Assembly (NCBI GenBank): GCA_963776235.1
Contig: CAVZLT010000038.1
Span: 19,818-83,817, forward strand
Source: an uncultured Alphaproteobacteria bacterium
GTDB taxonomy: Bacteria > Pseudomonadota > Alphaproteobacteria > Rhizobiales > Methyloligellaceae
DNA length: 64,000 bases
Reading direction: 5' to 3'
The translations under genes and the position numbers were made by a program. Shown here one piece after another: positions 22,308-33,316 of this stretch; within the stretch, counting starts at the first letter, position 1, and every line of letters starts with the position of its first letter. Below the pieces are notes generated by a model that saw only the letters and a program-made list of their open reading frames with translations, had not been told where the DNA came from and searched no databases.

Positions 22308-25300
22308 GTGAATTCGCTCCTGCTCACGTTGACGGCATTGCTGATTCTGGTCTTGAGCGCGCTGTTTGCCGCGCCGCTTTTCATTGACTGGAACGACTAT
22401 CGCTCCGTCTTCGAGACGCAAGCCACCAACCTGCTCGGCCGCCAGGTGAAGGTCGGCGGCAAGGTTCACCTCGTGCTCTTGCCGGCGCCCGAGCTCAAAT
22501 TCGACGACATCAAGGTTGCCGATCAGGCGGGTCGCCTCGACCGGCCGTTCCTCGAGATGGGCTCGCTCGAGGCCTGGCTGAATATCGGCGCGCTGCTCAG
22601 CGGCACCGTCGAGGCGCGCAAGATCGCCATCGTCGATCCGGTGTTGCGCCTCGACCTCAAGGCCGACGGAACCGGCAATTGGAGTGACGTGGGCCGCCGC
22701 GGCGTGGCGCTTCCCTTCGCGCCGAAGGACGTATTGCTCGACTCGGTCAGCATCAGCGGCGGCAAGGTCGAGATCACCAAGCAGGGCGTGCCGCAACTGA
22801 CCCTCGACGGCGTCAACGGTGAGGCGAACGCCCAGTCGCTGTCGGGTCCCTACAAGGTATCGGCCAATTACAACTTCGAAGGCCGGCCGCAGGAGCTGAG
22901 ATTTTCCACCAGCGCGCCGGATGCCGCGGGCCTGTTCCGCGTCAAATCTTCGCTGCGCGACCTCGACCGCAACACCACCTATCTGCTCGACGGCGGCGTG
23001 ACCGGGCTCGGCGCGCTGCCTGCGTATGACGGCACGATCCTCGTGCGCGCCGCCAATGTCGCCGCCGATAGCGGGGACGACGCGGCGACGGACGCTGACA
23101 AGGATAATCCGCCGGCGGGAGGCGCACCGGGCGACAAGACCTTGCTCTACGAATTGAAGGGCCCGCTCAAGGCGACGCCCGACCGCGCCGAGTTTCCTGA
23201 TTTCGACCTCACCATTCATGCCAAGGGCCATCCGCAGATCTTCAAGGGCAAGCTGACCTTCGATTTCGGCGACCGGATTACTGCCAATGGCGCGCTGACG
23301 GCGGGCTTCGTCGATCTCGATGCTTTGTTCGCGCCCCCTGGGGCCGAGCAGCAGCCGTCACCCGCCACCATCCTCTATATGTTCGCCGACGAGATGTTGG
23401 ACGACTCCGGAGAGATCCGCGATGGCACGCTCCAGGTCGCCATCGAGCAGGCGAGCCTTGGCGGCGATCTCGTCGGTGCCGTCGACATGACGCTTGCCGC
23501 CAAGGACGGCGTGCTGACGATCGGGGGCTTGAAAGCCGTGCTTCCCGGCAAGAACAGCCTCGAGGCGTCCGGCCGGCTCACCCGCGGCAAATTCGGTCCG
23601 GTGTTCGCCGGCCCGGTCAAGATCGAGGGCTCCGGCTTGCGGCCGCTCACCCGCTGGGCCGCCGGTGACCGCGACATGTCGGGGCAGGCCTCAGTCGGCG
23701 ATTTCAGCTTCGTGGCCAATGCCAGCATCGGCGACGGCGAGCTCAATCTCGCCGACGCCACCGGCGAGCTGAGCGGCACCAAGTTCAATGGCAACTTGCG
23801 GGTCCACGGCGGCGAGCGCCCTCTGATCGAGCTCAATCTCGACAGCGACCGTCTCGATTTGCGCGAGGTGATGGGCGAAGGATCGCTCTGGCAGTTCTGG
23901 ACGCCGGCCGCAGCCGCCAGCGAAGCGGGCGCCGCCGACAAGAGCTTGTTCGCCGAGCTTCCCGACAACGACCTGCGCGTGACGCTGCGCGTCGGCGAGC
24001 TTCTGCTTCCCAACATTCCCCCGGGCAAGCTCGATGCGCGCTTCGCGCTGCAGGGCGGCATGCTCGACGTGGAGCAACTCGACTTCGCCGCATCGAGCGC
24101 GCTGGCGTTGAACGGCAAGGGCCGCATCGAGAGTCTGCACGACAAGCCCTCGGGCCGGGTCGATTTCGGCCTGCAAGCCGCCAACGCCGATAGCTTGCGC
24201 GTCGTCGCCGACCTGTTCGGCCTGCCCGAAGGCGTCAGCCGGTCGATGCATCTGTCGACGCTCGCGCCGATGAACGTGCATGTCAGCCTGGTGGCGGCGC
24301 GCGAGGGCGAGTTGACCAATGCCTCCATCGAGCTTGGCGGCAAGGCCGGAAGCTCCGATGTCTCGCTCATAGCGCGTGCGCTCGGCGACCCCGCCAAGCC
24401 CGCTGCGGCGAAGATCGACGTCGACGGCAAGGTCGTCGGCGAGAAGCCGCAAGCCTTCCTCGTCCTGCTGTTCCCGGATCTGCCGCTCGAACGCATCGTC
24501 TCGCCCGCAGGAAGCCAGGGCCGGCTGATCGTCAAGCTTGCCGGCGTGCCGAATTCCAACATCACCGGTCAGGCCGCGCTCGAGACGGCGCCGATCGAGG
24601 TCGCCTTCGTGGGGCAGGGGTCGCTCCAGCCGAGCGGGCTCGCGCTCGCCGGCAAGGGCGCCGTGGTCAGCCGCGATGCCAGCGCCGCGCTCACCTTGCT
24701 CGGCTTCGAGGCGCCCCCGAGCGCCGCCAACATCCCCTTGAGCCTCAAGCTCGATCTCACCAAGCAAGCCTCGACCGTCGATCTTGCCGCTGTCACGGGC
24801 AGCATCGCCGGCGAGCCTGTCGCCGGCTCGGCCCATTTCGACCTCGGCGGTGCCAAGACGCGCTTCGCCCTTTCGGGTAGCGCCGGCAGCATATCGCTGC
24901 CGTCTCTGCTCGGCGTGCTGGTGGCATGGCATCGCACGCCGTCGACCGAGGAGATGCTTGGCGCGATCGGCGCCGGTGCCTCGGAGGTCTGGCCGGCGCG
25001 CGGCTTCTCGCTCGGCCCGATCGAGCAGGCCGAAGGACAGATCAGTCTCAAGGCCAACACGCTTTCGCTCGGCTCCGCCGTGAAGGTGCAAGACGCCACG
25101 TTGACCGCTGCCGTCGGCAAGGACGGTCTCTCCGTCAGCGAACTCAAAGGCGGGTTGTACGGCGGCGAGTTGGTTGCCTCGGGCAGCCTCGCGCCGCGCG
25201 GCAACGGCGCGGAGCTTGCGGCCAGCGCCGACCTGAAGGGCGGCAAGCTGGAAGATCTTACCCAGAGCGTCTCCGGAACGGCGCTCGTCAAAGGTCCCTT

Positions 25301-26405
25301 CGATCTCGCCTTCAATGTTCAGGGCGAGGGCTTGAGCCCTCCCGGCGTCGTTGCCGGCTTGAGCGGGCAGGGGACGCTGTCGCTGGGCGCCGGCATTCTC
25401 CAATCGCTGTCCTCGGCGCCGCTGCGTGGTGTGGCCACGCTGGCCGGCAAGAAGACCATCAAGGTCGACAAGGACGAGATCGAGGCTGAAGCGAAAGGCG
25501 TGCGCGAGAAAATCACCAAGGGCATCTATCGCTATGCCCCGGCCAAGCTCGCCTTCGAGGTGAAGAACGGTACGCTTCGCCTGGCGCCGACGGCGCTGTT
25601 GAGCACCGGTGCCGAGACCAAGATCAATGGCTATGTCGAGCTCGCCAGCCTCAAGCTCGACAGCGAGTGGTCGATGAGCCTGACCGGCCCGGGCAGCAAG
25701 GACGTTCCTCCGCTCGGCCTGCTCTTCACCGGCACGCTCAACAAGGCCGGGGAGATTACCCCGGCGATCGACACCGCCGCGATCGAGGCCTATCTCACCA
25801 TGCGGCGCATGCAGGAGGACGTCGAGCGGCTCGAGACGCTTGATGTCAGCGGCAAGACGCCGGAGCCTGCGGACGCGGCGCCCGATGAGACCACCTCGGC
25901 GGTGCCGGCTGAGCCTGCCGAGCCGCTGGCGGACACGGCGCCTATGCCCGAGCCTGAGCCGCTTGAGCAATCGCGCCCGACCGCCGCGACAGAGCAGCCC
26001 AATCAGGCGATTCCCCAATCCTCGCCTTCGGCCAAGGCCTCGCCGTCGGCGATCGAGCTGCTTCAGGAAGCCTGGCAGACGGAGCCGGTGATCCCGGCTT
26101 CACCCAAGCCTGCCGAGGCGATGCCCATGCCTCCCGCCGAGAGTGTGGCGCCGAAACCGCCCGCGGCATCCGCTGCGGCGGTGGATGCGCCCACGCCCCC
26201 CCCGGCAGTTCCGCTCGCCGAGCCGGCGCCGCCGGCTTCAGCCCCTCCGCCCGCCGCGGCGGCGGTACCCCCAGCGGCGGCACCGACCCCGGCCACCGTG
26301 GAAGTGGTCAAACCGCGCCCGCGTCCGGTAAAGCCCAAGCGGGTGCCGAAGCCCGAAGCGCCCGACGACTGGAAGAAGGGCATCGGCATCTTCGGCGGCG
26401 GCTAA
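22308..26405 (+). CDS. AsmA family protein with Pro/Ala-rich tail
   Basis: N-terminal anchor APLFIDWNDYR..FE..A..LLGRQV; beta-rich body; 1365 aa. Confidence 0.85.
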   Translation: MNSLLLTLTALLILVLSALFAAPLFIDWNDYRSVFETQATNLLGRQVKVGGKVHLVLLPAPELKFDDIKVADQAGRLDRPFLEMGSLEAWLNIGALLSGTVEARKIAIVDPVLRLDLKADGTGNWSDVGRRGVALPFAPKDVLLDSVSISGGKVEITKQGVPQLTLDGVNGEANAQSLSGPYKVSANYNFEGRPQELRFSTSAPDAAGLFRVKSSLRDLDRNTTYLLDGGVTGLGALPAYDGTILVRAANVAADSGDDAATDADKDNPPAGGAPGDKTLLYELKGPLKATPDRAEFPDFDLTIHAKGHPQIFKGKLTFDFGDRITANGALTAGFVDLDALFAPPGAEQQPSPATILYMFADEMLDDSGEIRDGTLQVAIEQASLGGDLVGAVDMTLAAKDGVLTIGGLKAVLPGKNSLEASGRLTRGKFGPVFAGPVKIEGSGLRPLTRWAAGDRDMSGQASVGDFSFVANASIGDGELNLADATGELSGTKFNGNLRVHGGERPLIELNLDSDRLDLREVMGEGSLWQFWTPAAAASEAGAADKSLFAELPDNDLRVTLRVGELLLPNIPPGKLDARFALQGGMLDVEQLDFAASSALALNGKGRIESLHDKPSGRVDFGLQAANADSLRVVADLFGLPEGVSRSMHLSTLAPMNVHVSLVAAREGELTNASIELGGKAGSSDVSLIARALGDPAKPAAAKIDVDGKVVGEKPQAFLVLLFPDLPLERIVSPAGSQGRLIVKLAGVPNSNITGQAALETAPIEVAFVGQGSLQPSGLALAGKGAVVSRDASAALTLLGFEAPPSAANIPLSLKLDLTKQASTVDLAAVTGSIAGEPVAGSAHFDLGGAKTRFALSGSAGSISLPSLLGVLVAWHRTPSTEEMLGAIGAGASEVWPARGFSLGPIEQAEGQISLKANTLSLGSAVKVQDATLTAAVGKDGLSVSELKGGLYGGELVASGSLAPRGNGAELAASADLKGGKLEDLTQSVSGTALVKGPFDLAFNVQGEGLSPPGVVAGLSGQGTLSLGAGILQSLSSAPLRGVATLAGKKTIKVDKDEIEAEAKGVREKITKGIYRYAPAKLAFEVKNGTLRLAPTALLSTGAETKINGYVELASLKLDSEWSMSLTGPGSKDVPPLGLLFTGTLNKAGEITPAIDTAAIEAYLTMRRMQEDVERLETLDVSGKTPEPADAAPDETTSAVPAEPAEPLADTAPMPEPEPLEQSRPTAATEQPNQAIPQSSPSAKASPSAIELLQEAWQTEPVIPASPKPAEAMPMPPAESVAPKPPAASAAAVDAPTPPPAVPLAEPAPPASAPPPAAAAVPPAAAPTPATVEVVKPRPRPVKPKRVPKPEAPDDWKKGIGIFGGG

Positions 26406-26638
26406 ACTTCGCCACGCTGCATCCGCTCCAGCACATAAACGCGGATCGCGGCCGACAGGCTGCCTTGCGGGCGTGCCTTGCCGCTTCGGCTCTTGTCGAT
26501 CTCGCCCACCAGCGTCGCGACCGATTTACCGTCGGCGCGCGCGATGGCCAGCAGCGCATCCCAGAACTCGTCCTCGAGCGAGACGGAGGTGCGATGCCGC
26601 GCGATGCTCAGCGAGCGCTTGTTGCGGGGCGGCGCCAT
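26402..26638 (-). CDS. Ribbon-helix-helix domain protein
   Basis: KRSLSIARHRTSVSLEDEFW, LSAAIRVYVL. Confidence 0.88.
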   Translation of the reverse strand: MAPPRNKRSLSIARHRTSVSLEDEFWDALLAIARADGKSVATLVGEIDKSRSGKARPQGSLSAAIRVYVLERMQRGEV

Positions 26639-26640
26639 GC

Positions 26641-28050
26641 CTAGCGCTTGGGGCCGACCATGTTCTCGGGGCGGACCAGACGATCGAATTCCTCGGGCTT
26701 GACGTGACCGAGACGCACCGCCTCCTCGCGCAAGGTCGTACCGTTCTTATGCGCGGCCTTGGCGATCTCGCTTGCCTTGTCGTAGCCGATCGAGGGCGCA
26801 AGCGCCGTGACCAGCATCAGCGAGCGCTCCATGTGGTCCTTGATGCACGCCCGGTCCGGTTCGATGCCGACGATGCATTTCTCGCGGAAACTGTCGGCCA
26901 CGTCGGTCAGCAGCCTGATCGATTGCAGCATGGTGTAGGCGATCACCGGCTTGAACACGTTCAGCTCGAGATGGCCTTGGCTTCCGGCGAAACTGATGGT
27001 CGTGTTGTTGCCCATCACTTGCGCCGCCACCATGGTCACCGCCTCGCATTGCGTGGGGTTCACCTTGCCGGGCATGATCGACGAGCCCGGCTCGTTTTCC
27101 GGCAGGATCAACTCGCCGAACCCGGAGCGCGGGCCCGAGCCGAGCAACCTGATGTCGCTCGCGATCTTGAACAGCGACACCGCCACCGTGTTGAGTGCGC
27201 CATGGGCGAACACGAACGCGTCATGCGTGGCCAGCGCCTCGAACTTGTTCTCGGCGCTGACAAAAGGAAGCTTGGTCATTTCCGCGACCTTGGCGGCGAA
27301 AGCCTCGGCGAAGAGGGCGCTGGTGTTGAGCCCCGTCCCCACCGCCGTGCCGCCTTGGGCGAGCTGATAGAGGCCGTGGAGAGTGAGCTTGATGCGTTCG
27401 ATGCCGTGATCGATCTGCGCCGCATAGCCGCCGAATTCTTGCCCTAAAGTCAGTGGCGTTGCGTCCTGAAGGTGCGTACGGCCGATCTTGAGAATGTCTT
27501 GGAACGCCTCAGCTTTATCCTTGAGCGCCTGGTATAGCCGGGCGAGCGCGGGGTTGAGCCTATAGGCGATCTCCTCAGCCGCGGCGATATGCATAGCCGT
27601 GGGAAAGACATCGTTGGAAGATTGACCGAGATTGACGTGATCATTGGCGTGTACCAGGCGTTTTGAACCGAGAGTACCGCCCAACAATTCGCTTGCGCGG
27701 TTCGCAATGACTTCGTTGACGTTCATGTTGCTCTGGGTTCCGGAACCGGTTTGCCAGACGACCAGGGGGAAATGAGCATCGAGCTTGCTGTTGATAACCT
27801 CGTCGGCGGCCGCGGCGATCGCCTTTGCCAGCCGCTCTTCGAGGAGGCCGATTTCGTGGTTGGTGAGGGCGGCGGCCTTCTTGACCAGCGCAATCGCGCG
27901 GATCATCGGCTTCGGCATTTTTTCCTCGCCGATCCTGAAATTCCGGCGCGAGCGTTCGGTCTGGGCGCCCCAATAGCTGTCATTGGCCACTTCGATCTGG
28001 CCAAGGGAATCGGTCTCGATGCGCGCGGAAGTTGGGGACCCTTGAGGCAT
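26641..28050 (-). CDS. fumC: Class II fumarate hydratase
   Basis: [35 protein letters not shown]. Confidence 0.97.
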   Translation of the reverse strand: MPQGSPTSARIETDSLGQIEVANDSYWGAQTERSRRNFRIGEEKMPKPMIRAIALVKKAAALTNHEIGLLEERLAKAIAAAADEVINSKLDAHFPLVVWQTGSGTQSNMNVNEVIANRASELLGGTLGSKRLVHANDHVNLGQSSNDVFPTAMHIAAAEEIAYRLNPALARLYQALKDKAEAFQDILKIGRTHLQDATPLTLGQEFGGYAAQIDHGIERIKLTLHGLYQLAQGGTAVGTGLNTSALFAEAFAAKVAEMTKLPFVSAENKFEALATHDAFVFAHGALNTVAVSLFKIASDIRLLGSGPRSGFGELILPENEPGSSIMPGKVNPTQCEAVTMVAAQVMGNNTTISFAGSQGHLELNVFKPVIAYTMLQSIRLLTDVADSFREKCIVGIEPDRACIKDHMERSLMLVTALAPSIGYDKASEIAKAAHKNGTTLREEAVRLGHVKPEEFDRLVRPENMVGPKR

Positions 28051-28278
28051 GCATACTTCTCCTGTCAGCGGCCTTCGGCGAATAGGGGGGGCGACTGTCG
28101 CACCCGCAACGGCGACTGGCCTACCGGCTCTATGGGGGCTACGCTATAACACGCTCACGGGGTGGGAGAACGCGCTCGTTCGCAAGCTTTGCGCCCTCCC
28201 GCCGAGGAGCGCCCAAAGGTCCGGCTTTGTTTTCCGTGAACTTGGGTGAGGAGGCGAGTGGCTGAAGTTCCGGTGAGA

Positions 28279-30181
28279 ATGGCGCTGCCCGCGCCGCGCG
28301 CCGAGCAAATGTCTTTGCTCGTGGCGCGTCTGTCGGCCCTCGTCGTTGCCGCGATGGGGGGCGTGATCCTCTTCGCGTGGCAGCTCACGATTCCGTCCGA
28401 ACTCGCTGCCGGGCGTGGAGAGCATGACTCCGGCCTCGGCCGTGGGCATCATCGCCGCCGCCGTCGGCCTGTTTTGCCTGACCTTCAGGCCGATCCGCCC
28501 GCTCGCCCGGCTGATTGGTTTCGCTCTGATCGTGCTCGGTCTTGCCGTTCTCAGCGAGGACTTGTTCGGATTTTCGCTCGGCATCGATCAGGCGCTGGTG
28601 CGCGGCGACAGCATCGCCGCCGGCGCGGCGCAAGCCGGCAAGTTGCATATGGCCCCCGGCGTCACCGGCTCGTTGATCCTGTTCGGGCTGGCGCTGCTAT
28701 ACGCCAAGCAGGGCAGCATCCTGTCGGCGTTCAGCCAAATCCTGGCGCTGATCATCCTGGCCCAAGTCCTGATCGTGCTGGCCGGCTACGCCTACGGCGT
28801 CGCGACCTATGACTATCCGTTCCCCTTCACCCAGATGTCGCTCTATGGCGCGAGCACGGGTTTCCTGCTTGCGCTCGGGCTGCTCGCCGCCTCGCCCGAA
28901 TATGGCATCGCCGCCGCCATCGTCGAGCAGTCGCCGGCCGGCGAGATGCTGCGGCGCCTGTTGCCCGGCATCCTGGTCCTGCCGCTGGTGATCGGCTGGT
29001 TCGCCCATCAGGCCGAGACGCGCGCCCTTTACGATAGCGCGGCAACGATCGCCATCTTCGCGGTGGCGAGCATCTTTGTCCTGGCTCTGTTCGCCTGGAC
29101 CACGATCGGCGCCGTGCGGCGATCGGATCGCGACCGCAACGCGGCGCTGATGGAGCTGCGCGGCCAGCGCGAATGGCTGAGCACGACGCTTTCCAGCATC
29201 GGCGACGGCGTGATCGCCACCGACCCGAATGGCAGCGTGCTGCTGCTCAACAAGATTGCCGAGCAGATGACGGGATGGTCGGGCCCTGAAGCCCGCGGCC
29301 GGCCCATTTGGGAGGTGTTCCGCGTCATCAACGAGAGCACCCGCAAACCCGTCGACGACCCGGCGCTGAAGGCGTTGCGTGAGCGCGCGGTGACGCGGCT
29401 CGAATCGGGCGCGCTGCTCGTCACCCGCGACAAGCAGGAATTGCCGGTCGAGCATTGCGGCGCGCCGATCGTCGGCTTCGACGGCTCGCTGGCCGGCGCC
29501 GTGCTCATCTTCCGCGACGTGACCGAGCGGCGGCGCACGGCGCAGCGCCAATCGATGCTGGTGGGCGAGCTCAATCACCGCGTCAAGAACGCGCTCGCCA
29601 TCGTGCAGTCTTTGGTGCAGGCGAGCTTGCGCCAGGCGACCTCGGCTCCCGCGAAAGCCATGGCTGAGACCTTGGCCGAGCGCCTTCAGGCGCTGCATCG
29701 CGCGCACGATCTCCTGCTCGAATCGCAATGGTCGGGCGCCAGCCTGAAAGCCATGGTCGAGCGCGAGATGGATCCCTATCGCCGCGAAGGCGGCCCGAGG
29801 ATCATGATCAAGGGGCCGGACGTGCTGTTGCCGCCGCAATGCACTTCAATTCTCGCCATGACCCTGCACGAGCTTGCCACCAATGCCGTGAAATATGGGG
29901 CGCTGTCGCAGAATTCGGGCCAGCTTGCCATCAGTTGGAAGAGCGGGCGCGGCAATCGCCTGTTGCTCACCTGGGAGGAGCGGGCCACGCTCAACGTGGT
30001 TCCCACGCGGCGCGGCGGCGGCTTCGGCATGCAGTTGATCGACAAGGGCGTGCGCCACAATCTCGGCGGCGACACCAAGGTCGAGTTTCGGCCGACCGGA
30101 CTTTATGTTGAGCTCAACGTGCCGCTCGAGCCGTCGAAAGAGCCGCGCACGAAGCCGCAGAAGGCGGTTGCCTCGGCTTAG
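28279..30181 (+). CDS. Membrane PAS / HWE-type sensor histidine kinase (apparent frameshift at ~28400)
   Basis: Multi-TM N-terminus, PAS (SIGDGVIATD), ELNHRVKN, HELATNAVKYGALS, WEE; first TM lies in another frame upstream of 28415. Confidence 0.88.
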
Positions 30182-30184
30182 AGG

Positions 30185-32068
30185 CTATTCGAGCACGCCG
30201 ATCTCCTCATTGGCATGGCGCAGGCGCTCGGAGAACTCGCGCGTCAGATTGCCGAGGATGGTGATCATGATGTTGGGATGCGCGGCGGTGAGCTCGTGCA
30301 GCTGCTGCACCCTGAGCCCGTAGCAGATCACCTTGTCGTCGGCGACGATATCGGCCGAGCGCTTGCCGCCGTCGAGCAGGGCCATTTCGCCGAAGCTCAA
30401 GCCTGGCCCGATCGAGGCGACGCGCTTCTTGCGGTCGCCCTGTCCCGGCACCCTGATCTGCACGCTGACCGTGCCGCGCGCCAGCACGAAGAAGAGATTG
30501 GCGTCGGCGCCCTCGCGGATGATGACGTCGCCCTTTTCGAACACCAACGGCTGCACGATCGATTCGAGCAGGCGGCATTCCTCGGGCTTCAATCCCTTGA
30601 ACAAATTGATCTCGGACAGCGCGAATTTCGTTCCCGCCGCGCCGTGTGCGCCGTAAGCCAGCAGCTGGTCCTCGCACCATTCGAGCGCCGCGTCGGCGTC
30701 GCGGAAAATGCGCACCAGGTTCTCGTTCTCGGGCTCGGCAAAGGCGCGGGCGAGGGGGGCCAGCGGCCCATCGTCGTGCATCGAGGCAAATACGAGCTCG
30801 GTCTCGCCTCCCGCCATGGCGCGCGCCGCCCGCACGATCAGCTTGCGGGCCGAGGTGTCGGCGAGGTGCACCCGCTTGAAGTCGATAATCACGTAGCGCG
30901 CATCCGACGCGAGCTGCGCGAGCCGGCGCATCAGCTGCTCGGTCGAGCCGAAGAACAGCGCGCCTTGCGCCTCGAGCACGGCAACCTTGCGGCCCTTCTC
31001 CGCCAGGATCTTGCGCTCGGCCGGCGTGCGGAGGCGGTTCGAGCGCACCAGGTCGGCCAGATAGTCGCGCCGGATCACGCTGCGGACATTGGTGCGGTTG
31101 TTGAAGGCATGCAGTTCGAACTCTTTGGAGATTTCCTGGCAGACGCGGATGCCGCGCAAGCTGTTGCCTTGCTGGTCGATCGGCGGGGAATAGACGCAGA
31201 TACCGATCTGGCCGGGGATCACGGCGATGATGCAGCCGGACACGCCGCTCTTGGCCGGCATGCCCACCTCATAGGCCCACTCGCCGGCGTAGTCGTACAT
31301 GCCGCACGAATTCATCACCGAGAGCATGTCGCGAACATATTGGGTCTCCAGCACGGCCGCACCGGTCAGCGGGTTCGCCCCGTCATTGGCCAGCGTCGCC
31401 GCCATGATGGCGAGATCGCGAGCCGTGACGTTGACCGAGCATTGCCGGAAATAGAGATCGAGCACCTCGTTCGGATCGCGCTTGATCATGCCGCTGTTGA
31501 GCATCATGTAGGCGATGGCGCGGTTGCGATGGCCGGTGGCGAGCTCCGACCCGTACACCGCCTCGTCGATCTCGAGCTCCCGTCCGGCGAGGCTCGAGAA
31601 CAGCGCGAGCATGTTGGCGATGCGCTCTGCCTGGTTTGCGCCGCGCATCAGCTCCGCCACGGCGATGGCGCCGGCGTTGACCATCGGGTTGAACGGCCGG
31701 TTGGCGACCTCGTCGAGCACGATGGAGTTGAACGCTTCGCCGGTGGGCTCGACGCCGACATGTTTCAGCACCGCCTCGCGGCCATGGTGCTGCAGCGCAT
31801 AGCCGTACATGAAGGGCTTCGACACCGACTGGATGGTGAAGGGGATCTCGGTATCGCCGACGGCGTAGACCTGCCCGTCGACGGTGGCGATGGCGATCCC
31901 GAACAGGTTGGGATCGGCCTTGCCGAGCTCCGGGATGTAGTCGGCCGGCTTGCCGGCGGTCACGCTGGAGATGCGCTGATGCAGTTCGGCGAGGTAATTC
32001 GCCACGGGCGCGAGCGCGCCGCTAGGCTTTGCGTCGCGCAACGGTCGCACGGCATCGATTTTGTTCAA
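30185..32068 (-). CDS. glsA: Glutaminase with C-terminal STAS and cNMP-binding domains
   Basis: DYIPEL, QSVSKP, NPMVNAGA, PAKSGVSG; GALFFGS (STAS); FGEMALLDGGKRSA (cNMP). Confidence 0.92.
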   Translation of the reverse strand: MNKIDAVRPLRDAKPSGALAPVANYLAELHQRISSVTAGKPADYIPELGKADPNLFGIAIATVDGQVYAVGDTEIPFTIQSVSKPFMYGYALQHHGREAVLKHVGVEPTGEAFNSIVLDEVANRPFNPMVNAGAIAVAELMRGANQAERIANMLALFSSLAGRELEIDEAVYGSELATGHRNRAIAYMMLNSGMIKRDPNEVLDLYFRQCSVNVTARDLAIMAATLANDGANPLTGAAVLETQYVRDMLSVMNSCGMYDYAGEWAYEVGMPAKSGVSGCIIAVIPGQIGICVYSPPIDQQGNSLRGIRVCQEISKEFELHAFNNRTNVRSVIRRDYLADLVRSNRLRTPAERKILAEKGRKVAVLEAQGALFFGSTEQLMRRLAQLASDARYVIIDFKRVHLADTSARKLIVRAARAMAGGETELVFASMHDDGPLAPLARAFAEPENENLVRIFRDADAALEWCEDQLLAYGAHGAAGTKFALSEINLFKGLKPEECRLLESIVQPLVFEKGDVIIREGADANLFFVLARGTVSVQIRVPGQGDRKKRVASIGPGLSFGEMALLDGGKRSADIVADDKVICYGLRVQQLHELTAAHPNIMITILGNLTREFSERLRHANEEIGVLE

Positions 32069-32229
32069 CGCGACCCCCAGGTCGACCGCTAGAGCGCAAA
32101 ACCGCGAGTTTCAGGCAGAAATCATGCCATGTCGAAATCCCGGTCTCAGTCAAGGTCAATGACCGAGCGGATAGCCCCGTGCTGAAAGATTGGGCAAAAG
32201 ACGCCTAAAGGCGGGGCAAGCAATCTCGC

Positions 32230-32772
32230 TTATTTCTTGCGGAAGCGGTCGAGATGCACGACCTCCGCCGGCGGCCGCGACATCACGACTTCCGCGGCCT
32301 GCGCCTCTGCCACCTCGTCCTGGATGGGATCGGCGGCGCCACGCGGCTCTTCCGGCTCGCCGACGAGATCGGGGAGGGCGGCGGCCATATGCTGGCGCGC
32401 CGAATCGTTGGCCGCGCCCGGCTTGCCGAATTGCAGCCCGAACTGGGCGGAAGGATCGTAGAAGGCTTTGACCGCGCTGAACGGCACGACCAGCCGCTCG
32501 GGCACGTTGGAGAAGGAGAGCTTCACCTCGAAGCGCTCGTTCGTCACCTGCAAGTCCCAGAACTGGTATTGCAGCACGACGGTCATCTCTTCCGGATATT
32601 GCTCCTTGAGCCGCTTCGAAACCGAGACGCCCTCCGCGCCGGTGTCGAAGGCGATGTAGAGGTGGTGCTCGCCCGGCAGCCCCTCGCGCTGCACGCGCGC
32701 CAAGACCTGGCGCACCACGCCGCGAAGCGCGTCCTGCGTGAGAAGGTCGTATCTGATTTCGTCTTCTGCCAT
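32230..32772 (-). CDS. sspB: Alphaproteobacterial ClpXP adaptor SspB
   Basis: GLPGEHHLYI, YPEEMTVVLQYQFW, C-terminal VVHLDRFRKK; adjacent to ssrA. Confidence 0.92.
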   Translation of the reverse strand: MAEDEIRYDLLTQDALRGVVRQVLARVQREGLPGEHHLYIAFDTGAEGVSVSKRLKEQYPEEMTVVLQYQFWDLQVTNERFEVKLSFSNVPERLVVPFSAVKAFYDPSAQFGLQFGKPGAANDSARQHMAAALPDLVGEPEEPRGAADPIQDEVAEAQAAEVVMSRPPAEVVHLDRFRKK

Positions 32773-32827
32773 GGAAACCGCCGCCTTCCCCCTCGCGACG
32801 CTAAAGGCAGTTCACTCACACCGCAAT

Positions 32828-33180
32828 AAGTGGAGGGCTTCTGTTGGCCGGTGCCCTCCGAACCGCGCCTAGTGCCGCGAAGCAACTAGGACTTCATTTT
32901 CAGGCTATCGCGCCGCTTACGCAGCGAGAGCAGCCTCCGCATAGTTGTCATTGGCAACTATAGGGTTGGCCCGATAACGGCGGAACCATGCCGGGCGAAA
33001 GCACGACCTTTACACCCTCGTCGATCCTATTTCGCCCCCGCCATGGATCAGTCAGTCTCGCGGTCTTTCGAATTCTGTCTCTGAGACTGATCCCTGGTGG
33101 AGGCGCCGGGTACCGCCCCCGGGTCCGAATGGGCTTATTACGAAGGCTGTTTATCGCCATAGACGGCTTGCGCCGACAGG
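32828..33180 (-). ncRNA. ssrA: Permuted two-piece tmRNA
   Basis: Acceptor piece ends ..GGCGCCTCCACCA at 33095; coding piece starts GGGGGCGAAATAGGATCGAC at 33039; tag ANDNYAEAALAA* at 32955..32917; TATATT at 33190..33185; outer ends approximate. Confidence 0.95.
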
Positions 33181-33316
33181 ACCCAATATAGGCTTCTATG
33201 GGGGCGAAAAAAAGGTTGATGCGTCGGTAACCCACCGCGAATCAGCCGCCGAATGTTAAGCTTGGCTACTAGGACGAGGGAGCCGCCTCGATCCATCATA
33301 GGAGACCAGACCTCTC

